Shown here piece after piece: positions 51,577 through 60,248 of a stretch of DNA of 64,000 nucleotides. The translations under genes were made by a program, and so were the position numbers. How positions within the stretch are numbered: position 1 is the stretch's first letter; every line of letters starts with the position of its first letter. The notes beneath the pieces were generated by a model. It searched no databases. It saw only the letters and a list, made by a program, of their open reading frames with translations, and was not told where the DNA came from. This DNA comes from a virus. The stretch spans positions 2,417 through 66,416 of the IMG/VR virus record IMGVR_UViG_3300032315_001390. The stretch is one strand, 5' to 3'.

Positions 51577-51900
51577 ATGAAAAACAAACTCACACCCTAC
51601 ATTGAATACTACGACGACGGAAATGTACTTGTCAAAGGACAACTGAACTCAAAAGAGCAAGAAGAAGGTCTTTGGGAGTGGTTCCGGGAGAATGGAATCA
51701 TACATTTTAGAAGCCCATACAAACGAGGTAAGATAGATGGTATTGAAGAGTGGTTCTGCCCAAAAGGAAACATCCGTATAAGAACCACGTATAAAGATGG
51801 TGTGTGGTGTGGAATCCAAACCTTTTACGATGAACAAGGAAACATCACCGAAACCCGTAATTGGAAAGATGGAGAAATAATTGAAGAAACTAAACACTAA
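51577..51900 (+). CDS. MORN/YwqK-repeat protein (paralogue 3)
   Basis: Same repeat units; ATG at 51577, 3 nt after the previous stop. Confidence 0.6.
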   Translation: MKNKLTPYIEYYDDGNVLVKGQLNSKEQEEGLWEWFRENGIIHFRSPYKRGKIDGIEEWFCPKGNIRIRTTYKDGVWCGIQTFYDEQGNITETRNWKDGEIIEETKH

Positions 51901-51917
51901 ATGTTGTAAAACAAGAT

Positions 51918-52376
51918 ATGAAAATTAAAGAACAGATACAAAAACATTTTGTCGTGGCCATGAAAGCCAAAGACGAAGTCGCAAAATCAGCGTTAAGCGG
52001 TGCAAAAGCCGCAATTACATTGGCGGAGAAACAACACGGATCGTTTGATTTATCGGACGAAGATGTCATCAAAGTTTTATCCAAAGCGATCAAACAACGT
52101 GAAGAGTCTCAAAAGATTTATGAAGATGCTGGACGGGATGAACTTGCCCGCAAAGAAGCGGATGAAGCGTGTGTATTACGAAGGTACATGCCAGCTCAGA
52201 TGAACCCACAAGAAATTCGTGATGCTCTTGTTGAAATTATGAAAGAATTCGCTGGTGTTGTGTCAAACCCAACAGCTCTCCAGGGTAAGACTATCGGAGA
52301 GTTCAACAAGCGATTCAACGGTCGCGCTGACATCGGTACAGTCAAAGAAATTTTAGCAAAATTGTCTCAAACATGA
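51918..52376 (+). CDS. yqeY: GatB/YqeY domain protein
   Basis: Collinear with YqeY: IKEQIQKHFVVAMKAKD..., LSDEDVIKVLSKAIKQREES...YEDAGRDELARKEADEACVLRRYMP...GRADIGTVKEILAKL. Confidence 0.75.
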   Translation: MKIKEQIQKHFVVAMKAKDEVAKSALSGAKAAITLAEKQHGSFDLSDEDVIKVLSKAIKQREESQKIYEDAGRDELARKEADEACVLRRYMPAQMNPQEIRDALVEIMKEFAGVVSNPTALQGKTIGEFNKRFNGRADIGTVKEILAKLSQT

Positions 52377-52484
52377 ACCACCAAGACAACAAAGATCCTA
52401 TCTGATTTTTTTTGAAAAAAAAAGTTTTCAAAATTTTGGATATTTGAATATTAGTCTTATCTTTGCTTAGTTAAAAAAACAAAT

Positions 52485-52700
52485 ATGACCTCTACAAACA
52501 TGCCCAACGGAAATTACATGAAAATTAATGACGTAACTGAGTGGGTCGAAAGACACACCATGCGTAAAGACACCAAACTATCATTACCCATTTACGAAAA
52601 TGAGTACTTTGATACTACCGATTTGAAAAGTGTGTTCCCTAAAGGAATGTTCATGGAGATGGAATGTGATGTATGTACTTTGATGGTTGGAGTTAAATAA
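52485..52700 (+). CDS. hypothetical protein
   Basis: 71-aa ORF with a GATATTTG motif upstream. Confidence 0.35.
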   Translation: MTSTNMPNGNYMKINDVTEWVERHTMRKDTKLSLPIYENEYFDTTDLKSVFPKGMFMEMECDVCTLMVGVK

Positions 52701-52714
52701 CAACACAAAAAAAC

Positions 52715-52847
52715 AGTCAGGCGACGGAAGTACAATAGCGGTATAATAAACTATGGGTAGGGCGAAAATCTGAGATAGTGTAAAGACCTGCAAAAGATGG
52801 GAAACCAAGTGAAGCTATTGTAACAGGTTCGAATCCTGTCCTGACAA
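52715..52847 (+). tRNA. oversized tRNA-like element (canonical T-arm ACAGG-TTCGAAT-CCTGT plus acceptor 3' half; about 133 nt)
   Basis: 5' AGTCAGG pairs with 3' CCTGAC (6 of 7 positions); the T-loop TTCGAAT is canonical; but the body is about 45-55 nt too long for a tRNA and no anticodon arm could be assigned by eye. Confidence 0.3.
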
Positions 52848-52863
52848 CTAAAAATTAAAGAAT

Positions 52864-53046
52864 ATGGAATGGGTTGAAATTAAAAATGGAAAACCAAAAG
52901 ATGGTAGTTGGGTACTAATTCAAAGTTCTTTGAAGAACGTACCGAAATATGAGGTTTGCTATTATGAAAATGATGAATGGTACATACCTTCGTATGATGA
53001 TGTATGTGAAGAGAAACATATTATTAAATGGTCGTACATTGAATAA
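52864..53046 (+). CDS. small hypothetical protein flanked by the two tRNA-like elements
   Basis: 60-aa ORF (MEWVEIKNGKPKDGSWVLIQ...). Confidence 0.3.
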   Translation: MEWVEIKNGKPKDGSWVLIQSSLKNVPKYEVCYYENDEWYIPSYDDVCEEKHIIKWSYIE

Positions 53047-53052
53047 TCAAAC

Positions 53053-53167
53053 AGTCAGGTGGCGGAATTGGTTAGACGCTAACAAAGTGAGAAGTCAGCT
53101 TGAATGTAGAAATACATTTATGTACCCAAAGATGATTTCATACAGGTTCGAATCCTGTCCTGACTAC
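53053..53167 (+). tRNA. oversized tRNA-like element with tRNA-Leu-like 5' half (about 115 nt; internal GAAA-tetraloop hairpin insertion)
   Basis: AGTCAGG-T-GGCGGAATTGGTTAGACGC matches the acceptor/U8/D-arm of class-II tRNA-Leu (E. coli ...TGGCGGAATTGGTAGACGC); the 3' ACAGGTTCGAATCCTGT-CCTGACT-A gives a full 7-bp acceptor; a 28-30-nt excess includes hairpin TGAATGTA-GAAA-TACATTTA (53101-53120). Confidence 0.4.
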
Positions 53168-53348
53168 TAAAAACAAAAATAATTAGATATGATTGGACTT
53201 ACTATTTTCGGATTGTTGATGTTTTGGATTATCATAACGGAAGGAAATGTTTTTCTTCGTGATAATGACGATGATTGGGACGGAACAAATCAAAGTATAG
53301 ATTTGTGATTATTTTCAAAAATAATTTTTTTTTTGAACTTGTAGTTAG

Positions 53349-53356
53349 TATATTTA
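53349..53356 (+). promoter_or_regulatory. TATATTTA promoter motif within conserved GTATATTTACACC
   Basis: An identical 13-mer GTATATTTACACC also occurs at 60223-60235; 22 nt upstream of ATG 53379. Confidence 0.4.
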
Positions 53357-53378
53357 CACCATCAAATCAAAATTAAAA

Positions 53379-53633
53379 ATGAACGAAGCAAAATACGTAA
53401 TCGTCAATGGAAGCGGAATCATCTTTTCCGCAGCAATCCAACATAAAGACATGGTTGGTTATAATGAAAAATGTGAAGGTGCTGGGTTCGTAAGTTTTAC
53501 CGTCGAAAAAGACAGCTACGGCGATGACATCATCGTTGCTAAATGCTACGGTAAGTCCATTTCATTGGACATCGAATCTCGTCCAGAAAAAGATTCAAAA
53601 ATTCTAACACGTCAAATTACCAATCCTTTCTGA
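53379..53633 (+). CDS. hypothetical protein
   Basis: 84-aa ORF. Confidence 0.4.
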   Translation: MNEAKYVIVNGSGIIFSAAIQHKDMVGYNEKCEGAGFVSFTVEKDSYGDDIIVAKCYGKSISLDIESRPEKDSKILTRQITNPF

Positions 53634-53768
53634 ATATAAAACTAAAAAACGAATGAAAAATTATTACATTGATAACAAAGAGTATTATTTATGGTGTATT
53701 GCAAATGATGTAATACCTTACCACTAAACAAAAAACAACTAAAAAAACTAAACAACTAAACAAAAGAC

Positions 53769-53987
53769 ATGAAAAAGTTAATTGCAATTTTCAGCATCGG
53801 TGTATTATTGGTAAGCTGTAATGTCTCCAGTCCTTCTCAAGATAAAGAGATGCTTCAAAAGAAATACCCAAAAGGTATTGTGTACAGTGTTACCGCAGTT
53901 CGCTACATTGTGGTGGATTCTACAAATGTGTTGGATATTACGGTAGAATTAGACGGAACCATTTTTTCTACCGTGAAAATAAAATAA
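53769..53987 (+). CDS. small lipoprotein
   Basis: MKKLIAIFSIGVLLVSC signal peptide with lipobox (LVSC). Confidence 0.5.
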   Translation: MKKLIAIFSIGVLLVSCNVSSPSQDKEMLQKKYPKGIVYSVTAVRYIVVDSTNVLDITVELDGTIFSTVKIK

Positions 53988-53996
53988 TAAAAACAA

Positions 53997-54485
53997 ATGA
54001 AACTAAATCAAAACTCACTCTCGGCAAAACTCTATCGTTGGTTCTATAAAACCGACACAATGCCCACCAACCTGTGTCCTTACTTTTGGAGACTGGTAAC
54101 TGCGGTGATTCTTTCACCTTTGCTTGCAATTTATACCCTACCCTATGAAATCATCAACTACAAACGTCAGTGTTGGGACACATACGGTGAAGTGCTCGGA
54201 GAATCGCTTGCTTATTGGTTCTTTATCGCTGCTATTATTTGCATGATTTCAACATTGAGTCTTTTCTTTTACATCCCTGATGAGGATTCATTACTTATGG
54301 TAATGATAGTTTTTGGTTTTTGTGTTTGGACTTCCCTTATCATAGTTGGTATTATTTGGAGTATTTTTAACGCAGAAGAATACTTAAAATCAAAGAAGAG
54401 CGATGATGAAAAGACAGACAACATCATCGTTGAGATGGTGAAAGCAAAGTATCACAAATACTGTCCTAAAATTGATTGGAAGTAA
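53997..54485 (+). CDS. integral membrane protein (about 3 TM)
   Basis: Hydrophobic helices LVTAVILSPLLAIYTL, YWFFIAAIICMISTLSLFFYI and VMIVFGFCVWTSLIIVGIIWSIF. Confidence 0.45.
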   Translation: MKLNQNSLSAKLYRWFYKTDTMPTNLCPYFWRLVTAVILSPLLAIYTLPYEIINYKRQCWDTYGEVLGESLAYWFFIAAIICMISTLSLFFYIPDEDSLLMVMIVFGFCVWTSLIIVGIIWSIFNAEEYLKSKKSDDEKTDNIIVEMVKAKYHKYCPKIDWK

Positions 54486-54530
54486 AAAACAATTTAATTT
54501 AACTATTATTTAACTATTAACTATAAAAAA

Positions 54531-55268
54531 ATGACAAAACAAACAGTTTTAGAAAGAATCAAAGAAGGTGCAGAGTTTATTGACAGAGAATCTCAGTTCA
54601 AAAAAGCAGTTGAAAACAAAGAAACCAAGACAACTGAATACTTTAGTGGAGTAAAAGCTTTATCTGAAGACCAATTTTGTAAGGAACTTGTCAATTGGTG
54701 GAAAAAATACTATCTTGAAGATTTTGATGATACAAATAAAATTGGTACTCAATATAGGTATCCAGAAGATGGATCGATAAAATGCGATATAGTTTTTTCT
54801 TCTAAGGGATATAAAGGAAAATATAAAAACGAGTGGGCCATTGAATTTAAAAAAACATTGATCATTGGGCATAATGGTAAAGATTATGAACAAACCCCTA
54901 AAAGAATGTTTGATTGCAAGGTAAAACATTCTAGTTTGATTAATGATTCAAAAAGATTGCATAATTCTCTAATTGCTGAAAATAAATTAATTATCGCGTA
55001 CGGATTTAAATATGATAAAGATAAATTAGCTCATATGAGAACTCTCCATCCAGATCCAAAACATAAAACTAGATTAGATGAAATTCAAGAAATATTAAAC
55101 ATCCCAGCTAATAAAGGATGTTATAATTTAGAAGAAAGTATGAATAACTTGCAATTTATTCTAAAGGGTCGTGGTTTAATAAACGAAGATTTTGAGGTTA
55201 TTGATTTTTGGGCACCTAGACATCCATGCGGAGGATATGGTGAGATGTATGTTTTCCAAATTAATTAA
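54531..55268 (+). CDS. hypothetical protein (possible PD-(D/E)xK-like core CDIVF...EFKK)
   Basis: 245-aa ORF; weak D...E.K arrangement only. Confidence 0.35.
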   Translation: MTKQTVLERIKEGAEFIDRESQFKKAVENKETKTTEYFSGVKALSEDQFCKELVNWWKKYYLEDFDDTNKIGTQYRYPEDGSIKCDIVFSSKGYKGKYKNEWAIEFKKTLIIGHNGKDYEQTPKRMFDCKVKHSSLINDSKRLHNSLIAENKLIIAYGFKYDKDKLAHMRTLHPDPKHKTRLDEIQEILNIPANKGCYNLEESMNNLQFILKGRGLINEDFEVIDFWAPRHPCGGYGEMYVFQIN

Positions 55269-55386
55269 AACCATCGATGACTACTCTCTTACAATTTTTT
55301 TCGATCATCCTGTTGTATATCTTGATTTATTTTGTATCTTTAGCCTATACAAAATACCGATTTGAAAATACAGGAAAACAAAAACC

Positions 55387-56043
55387 ATGAAACTAATTTT
55401 AGAAAAAGACCAAAGATTATTTTTTACTAGTGATACCCACTACAAACACTCAAATATTTGTCGGGCAACCACAAATTGGAAAGACTCTGATGGTGTTACT
55501 CGTGATTTCAAATCCTTGGATCACATGAACAATACACTGGTTGATAATATCAATACTAAAGTAGGTGAGGATGATGTTTTAATCCACTTAGGAGATTGGT
55601 CTTTTGGTGGATTTGAAAGTATAGAAGAGTTTCGGCAAAGAATCCTTTGTAAAAACATTCATCTTGTTTTTGGAAACCACGATCATCACATTCGTAGAAA
55701 CAAGGGAGGGGTCCAGGATCTATTTACCTCAACTCACGACTACCTTCACTTAGATGTAAGACAACCTTCCTCAACCAACAAAGGATTGACAAATAAGTTT
55801 GAGTTCATTTGTATGCACTATCCTATTGCTAGTTGGGATGGTATGAACAATGGTGTGATTCACCTTCACGGTCACACACACTTACCAGCACACCTGAGGG
55901 TTGCACAAGGTAGAGCTATGGATGTTGGTGTTGATGGTAATGAATACGAACCTCTACTTATGCAAGAGATACAAGTTATTATGTCAGGAAGGGGTATCAA
56001 AAAACTTTGTCTACCACAAGATCATCACGAAAAAAGAATTTGA
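55387..56043 (+). CDS. calcineurin-like metallophosphatase (candidate RNA 3'-phosphatase of the repair cassette)
   Basis: FTSDTHY, LGDWSFGG, FGNHDHH, MHYPIASW, HLHGHTH motifs. Confidence 0.65.
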   Translation: MKLILEKDQRLFFTSDTHYKHSNICRATTNWKDSDGVTRDFKSLDHMNNTLVDNINTKVGEDDVLIHLGDWSFGGFESIEEFRQRILCKNIHLVFGNHDHHIRRNKGGVQDLFTSTHDYLHLDVRQPSSTNKGLTNKFEFICMHYPIASWDGMNNGVIHLHGHTHLPAHLRVAQGRAMDVGVDGNEYEPLLMQEIQVIMSGRGIKKLCLPQDHHEKRI

Positions 56044-56048
56044 AAATT

Positions 56049-56435
56049 ATGAAAAATCTAATATTATTAAGGGGCTGTCCTGGTTCGGGAAAATCGACAG
56101 TTGCGGAAATGTTTCCAAAAGCGGTTCATTACGAGGCAGATATGTACTTCATGGTCAACGGTGAATACAAGTTCGATGTTACCAAACTAAAGAACGCTCA
56201 TGCTTGGTGTCAGGACATGGTTTACATGGATATGTTAAAGGATGTTCCAACAATCGTGGTTTCCAATACATTCACACAAGAATGGGAGATGGAAGCTTAT
56301 TATAAGTTGGCCAAAGATTACGGTTACACAATCTTCTCATTGATTGTTGAAAACCGACACGGCGGAAGGAATATTCATGGTGTTCCTGATGATAAGTTAG
56401 AAATTATGAAAAACAGATTTGAAATAAAATTATGA
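56049..56435 (+). CDS. P-loop kinase, polynucleotide kinase-like (AAA_33/Zeta-toxin-type fold)
   Basis: ILLRGCPGSGKST Walker A at the N-terminus of a 128-aa protein; ATG 56049 directly after the phosphatase stop (the track start 56007 is a non-ATG). Confidence 0.55.
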   Translation: MKNLILLRGCPGSGKSTVAEMFPKAVHYEADMYFMVNGEYKFDVTKLKNAHAWCQDMVYMDMLKDVPTIVVSNTFTQEWEMEAYYKLAKDYGYTIFSLIVENRHGGRNIHGVPDDKLEIMKNRFEIKL

Positions 56436-56447
56436 AAGAAAAAGAGT

Positions 56448-56455
56448 TATATTTG
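56448..56455 (+). promoter_or_regulatory. TATATTTG promoter motif upstream of the Rnl5-like ligase
   Basis: GTTATATTTGCA 24 nt before ATG 56479. Confidence 0.35.
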
Positions 56456-56478
56456 CATAATTTAAAAAACGTATTGTA

Positions 56479-57510
56479 ATGGAAAGAAAACTTGCAACAG
56501 TCAGAAGAATAAAAGAAATTTTACCCATCGAAGGAGCTGATAGGATTGAACTTGCGGTGGTTGATGGTTGGAAAGTTGTGGTGGCAAAAGATGTCCAACA
56601 CAAGGTTGGTGATTTGGTAATCTATTGTGAGATTGATTCTTTTCTTCCCATCAGAGAAGAATTTGAGTTCTTGCGTAAGTCATCCTATAAAAAGATGGGA
56701 GACCAGGAAGGGTTTCGTTTGAGAACCGCTAAAATGAAAGGACAAATTTCACAGGGATTGATTTTGCCAATTTTCGTTTTGAACCCACCCGATACAAATA
56801 TTTATGTCCAACCATTTGAGGGCTTGGATGTAACAGAGATGTTAGATATTGTGAAATACGAACCCCCCATTCCAGCAAATTTAGCTGGTAAGGTTAAGGG
56901 GTTGTTTCCTTCGTTTCTCGTCAAAACTGACGAAGAAAGGGTGCAAAACATTGCGGTCGAATATTCCGCCTTATGTTTCCAAAGTAAACATCAATTTTAT
57001 GTAACCGAAAAGTTGGATGGTTCATCGGCCACTTTTTATATTAACAATGGAGAATTCGGAGTTTGTTCACGAAATTTAGAACTATTAGAAACCGAAGATA
57101 ATAGTTTTTGGAAAGTAGCACGTGAATTAAAACTAGAGGAAAATCTAAGAGCACTCGGAAAGAATATTTGTCTACAAGGTGAGTTGATTGGTGAAGGTAT
57201 TCAAGGCAATCCCTATGGTATAAAAGGACAAACTGTTAGATTTTTTAGTGTTTATCAAATTGATAGTAGAACCAGGTTGGGAATCAAAGATTTAGAGGAT
57301 ATTTGTTTCATGATTGGTCTTCAAACTGTACCTATTCTGGAATCTAATTTTATTCTTCCAAACACAATTGAAGAGATGTTACAGTATGCGGAAGGAAAGT
57401 CCGCTCTTAACCCAAAAACAGAAAGAGAAGGTGTTGTTGTTAGGTCATTAGACGGGACAATTTCTTTTAAGGCAATCAGTAATAAATTTTTACTTAAAAA
57501 CGAACAATGA
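56479..57510 (+). CDS. ATP-dependent RNA ligase, DraRnl/Rnl5-like (N-terminal OB-like domain + nucleotidyltransferase)
   Basis: N-terminal KLATVRRIKEILPIEGADRIELAVVDGWKVVVAKD...GDLVIYCEIDSFLP is typical of the DRB0094-type ligase family; motif I EKLDGSS (KxDGxx), EGVVVR (motif IV). Confidence 0.6.
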   Translation: MERKLATVRRIKEILPIEGADRIELAVVDGWKVVVAKDVQHKVGDLVIYCEIDSFLPIREEFEFLRKSSYKKMGDQEGFRLRTAKMKGQISQGLILPIFVLNPPDTNIYVQPFEGLDVTEMLDIVKYEPPIPANLAGKVKGLFPSFLVKTDEERVQNIAVEYSALCFQSKHQFYVTEKLDGSSATFYINNGEFGVCSRNLELLETEDNSFWKVARELKLEENLRALGKNICLQGELIGEGIQGNPYGIKGQTVRFFSVYQIDSRTRLGIKDLEDICFMIGLQTVPILESNFILPNTIEEMLQYAEGKSALNPKTEREGVVVRSLDGTISFKAISNKFLLKNEQ

Positions 57511-57872
57511 AATTAGAAGTATTTAAAAAAATAATAGAATTACTTAAAAAACATCAAAGTAAGACTATTGCCGCTTACAAAGCAGAAATAGACCTTGTCA
57601 ATTTTTGTGATACTTTAGAACAAGTAATTTCTCTTTTGATTGGTTCTTACTATGGGAAAGAAGGAAAAGAAACATTTGATTGGTGGTGTTATGATAAAAA
57701 TTGGGGCGAGAGAACCGATTTAACAATGACAGATAAGAATGGAAATGAATTGTGCAGAACCATAGAAGAACTACATCAATGGTTGGAAGAAAATAAAACC
57801 GATGATTATAATCTTCCATATCAAATGACTGACGAAGAAAGAACAAGATACCTAAACGGAATATTCATATAA
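57507..57872 (+). CDS. hypothetical protein
   Basis: 121-aa ORF; overlaps the ligase stop by 4 nt. Confidence 0.4.
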   Translation: MKLEVFKKIIELLKKHQSKTIAAYKAEIDLVNFCDTLEQVISLLIGSYYGKEGKETFDWWCYDKNWGERTDLTMTDKNGNELCRTIEELHQWLEENKTDDYNLPYQMTDEERTRYLNGIFI

Positions 57873-58408
57873 TGAAAATATATTACACCCTAATCAAAGA
57901 TAAAATTTTATCTTTCATTAACTTCATAAAAAATGTCTGGTTATTTAGAAAGGCTCTTACTGATTTTCATTGGTGGGCTTATCAGCCTTTATTTCAATTT
58001 ATGAACACAGGCATTAATGAAATGGCTGATGGGATTGAGAGTAAAGGGAGTGAGATTAAGTCCACTAAAATGAAAAAAGTAGCCAAAATGAGGCGTGCTT
58101 GTGAGATTTTACAAAACCATATAGATGATAACTATACTACAATGGCTGAAAACATTTTAGGTAAACGTTATGATTATGAACTTAAATTTATTCGTTTAGA
58201 AGATAGCCCTGGATTATTTAGATATGAAGATGATTTAACTGAAGAACAGAGAGATCATAACCACGAAGTTTTTTTAAAATCTCGTGAACTTGAAGTTGAG
58301 GAATGGAAAGAGTTTTGTGAAATAATTAAAGGACAGGGAGATTTTTTTGAGCAAGATGAATGGGAAGAAAAATTTGATGGTTCAGGACTTAAAAATTGGT
58401 GGAATTAA
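57872..58408 (+). CDS. hypothetical protein
   Basis: 178-aa ORF. Confidence 0.4.
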   Translation: MKIYYTLIKDKILSFINFIKNVWLFRKALTDFHWWAYQPLFQFMNTGINEMADGIESKGSEIKSTKMKKVAKMRRACEILQNHIDDNYTTMAENILGKRYDYELKFIRLEDSPGLFRYEDDLTEEQRDHNHEVFLKSRELEVEEWKEFCEIIKGQGDFFEQDEWEEKFDGSGLKNWWN

Positions 58409-58572
58409 AAACTAAAATATGAAAAAACTAGAATTAACAAAAGACGAATTGGAAAAACTTTATTTGTGAAGTTTACACCCACTTATACTCTACCAGTATG
58501 TTGTATTTGTGTAGGATTAAGTTAACCTGATAAAAAATTTGGAAAATCAAAATTTACTTCGTATATTTGCTT

Positions 58573-58580
58573 TACAATAA
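58573..58580 (+). promoter_or_regulatory. TATATTTG promoter motif (CGTATATTTGC)
   Basis: 15 nt before ATG 58595. Confidence 0.35.
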
Positions 58581-58594
58581 AAAAAGAAAAAACT

Positions 58595-58969
58595 ATGGGC
58601 ATAGAAATTAAATTACCACCTTTCGAGGATTTAGACGAAAATGGAAATTATATCGGAAATGATATTAATTTTCTAATTAAAAATGAAAACAAAAAAGAAA
58701 ATATCATTTTAATTCATTACATAAATGTAGGTAATATGGATGGTGAGGATGTTTCAAAATATATGGAAGAAATTGTAAAAAGATGCTCACCAAAGGAAGA
58801 AGATAATATTATTTCATATTGGTTTCCTGTTAGAGAAGGGGAAACGAGAGTGGAATGTATAAATCCTAAACTGGTATCACAAGAAGATTTCACAGAAGCG
58901 AAACGAGTATTGGATAGAAATCAGGAAATTGTAAATGATATTATCAAATCTAAAAACAATAAATTTTAA
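58595..58969 (+). CDS. hypothetical protein
   Basis: 124-aa ORF. Confidence 0.4.
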   Translation: MGIEIKLPPFEDLDENGNYIGNDINFLIKNENKKENIILIHYINVGNMDGEDVSKYMEEIVKRCSPKEEDNIISYWFPVREGETRVECINPKLVSQEDFTEAKRVLDRNQEIVNDIIKSKNNKF

Positions 58970-58989
58970 AACATTACTTATACTCATCT

Positions 58990-59256
58990 ATGAAACTCTA
59001 TAAGATAATCCTCAAACTTTTCGTGGCCGTTGTTCTCTGCGCGTTTGTCGTGGAACTCAACGGGTTCTGTTTCTCTCTTATGAACCGCGCAGACACGTTG
59101 TCTGTTTGGACGGGAATCTGCTTGCTAGTCTTCGTGTGGGGTGGCTCACTGCTCTTCCTATTGAAAATCTTAGCCGAGATAGACTTGCTAAATTTTCCTA
59201 AAACAACAGCCGAAAAGAATAATCCCCCATCCGAATCAACAAACAAAACAACATAA
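58990..59256 (+). CDS. small membrane protein (2 TM)
   Basis: Hydrophobic helices LFVAVVLCAFVVELNGFCF and VWTGICLLVFVWGGSLLFLLKIL; unusually GC-rich for this window. Confidence 0.35.
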   Translation: MKLYKIILKLFVAVVLCAFVVELNGFCFSLMNRADTLSVWTGICLLVFVWGGSLLFLLKILAEIDLLNFPKTTAEKNNPPSESTNKTT

Positions 59257-59292
59257 AAAACCTCAAACAAAACAATTAAAAAAACAAAAAAA

Positions 59293-60147
59293 ATGAATCA
59301 GAAAAACTTAATTATTCTCGGAGTTGCCGCCTTTATCTTAGGCCTCTTCTCTATGACCAGCTGTGAAAGAATCGACGCTGGTCACGTTGGTGTTAAAGTC
59401 AATCTTTACGGTGACGGAAAAGGTATTGACGATGTAACCGAAGTCACCGGTTGGGTACTCTACAACCCTTTCACCACAAAAATTGTTGAATTTCCAACTT
59501 TTGTCCAACACAAAGAATACAAACACAACGGAGAAGACAATCCCGATGAATCTTTTGTGGTCAACTCAAAAGACGGGTCAGAGTTTCATGTATCCCCACT
59601 ATTGAACTATTCAGTCAAGAGGGAAAAAGTTCCTTACATTTTCGGTAAGTACCGAGTTACTCTAGATGAAATCGAATCAGGTTTCTTGAAAACAGCGGTT
59701 TATGATGCCTTTCGTGTTGTCGCAAACTCATACACCGCAGATGAATTGATTTCAAATCGTGAACAGTTCGAAGTAAAGGTTCGTAAGGTTTTGGAAACCC
59801 ATCTCTTACCCGAAGGATTCATACTAGCACAGTTTACATCTAATCTTGTCTATCCCGAAACATTTAAGAAAGCTATTGAAGCTAAGAACAACGCGGTTCA
59901 ATCAGCCCTCACCGCAGAGAATAGAGTAAAACAAGCGGAGGCTGAGGCAAAAATCAAAATTGCACAAGCTGAAGGTAATGCTCAAGCAATGTTGACTTCG
60001 GCCAAGGCAGAAGCGGAGGCAAACAGGATGAAACAACAAACCATTACACCTATGCTTCTACAACTTGAGTACATCAACAAATGGAACGGAGTTTTACCCA
60101 CAACACAATTGGGATCAGGAACAAATATGATCTATAATGTAAAGTAA
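59293..60147 (+). CDS. SPFH/band-7 (stomatin/prohibitin/HflK-C-like) lipoprotein
   Basis: Signal peptide plus lipobox LFSMTSC; SPFH core ...AVYDAFRVVANSYTADELISNREQFEVKVRKVLE... then an A/E-rich coiled coil (AEAEAKIKIAQAEGNAQAML). Confidence 0.7.
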   Translation: MNQKNLIILGVAAFILGLFSMTSCERIDAGHVGVKVNLYGDGKGIDDVTEVTGWVLYNPFTTKIVEFPTFVQHKEYKHNGEDNPDESFVVNSKDGSEFHVSPLLNYSVKREKVPYIFGKYRVTLDEIESGFLKTAVYDAFRVVANSYTADELISNREQFEVKVRKVLETHLLPEGFILAQFTSNLVYPETFKKAIEAKNNAVQSALTAENRVKQAEAEAKIKIAQAEGNAQAMLTSAKAEAEANRMKQQTITPMLLQLEYINKWNGVLPTTQLGSGTNMIYNVK

Positions 60148-60172
60148 AAATTAAAAGAGAGTTATTTAAAAA

Positions 60173-60198
60173 GGGAAGAATAGTCTTCCCTTTTTTTT
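60173..60198 (+). terminator. rho-independent terminator (GGGAAGA-atag-TCTTCCC + T8)
   Basis: Perfect 7-bp GC-rich stem followed by TTTTTTTT, 26 nt after the SPFH gene stop. Confidence 0.7.
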
Positions 60199-60222
60199 GT
60201 TTGGTATTTTAAAATTTGTTTC

Positions 60223-60235
60223 GTATATTTACACC
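60223..60235 (+). promoter_or_regulatory. GTATATTTACACC promoter motif (identical 13-mer to 53348-53360)
   Basis: 13 nt before ATG 60249, just after the terminator. Confidence 0.4.
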
Positions 60236-60248
60236 ATAATTAAACATT

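Noticed and set aside
52715-53167. Calling the two tRNA-like elements as ordinary tRNA genes with a specific anticodon
   Set aside because: Each is 30-50 nt longer than any canonical tRNA, and no convincing anticodon stem-loop could be assigned by eye. They are kept as tRNA-like candidates only.
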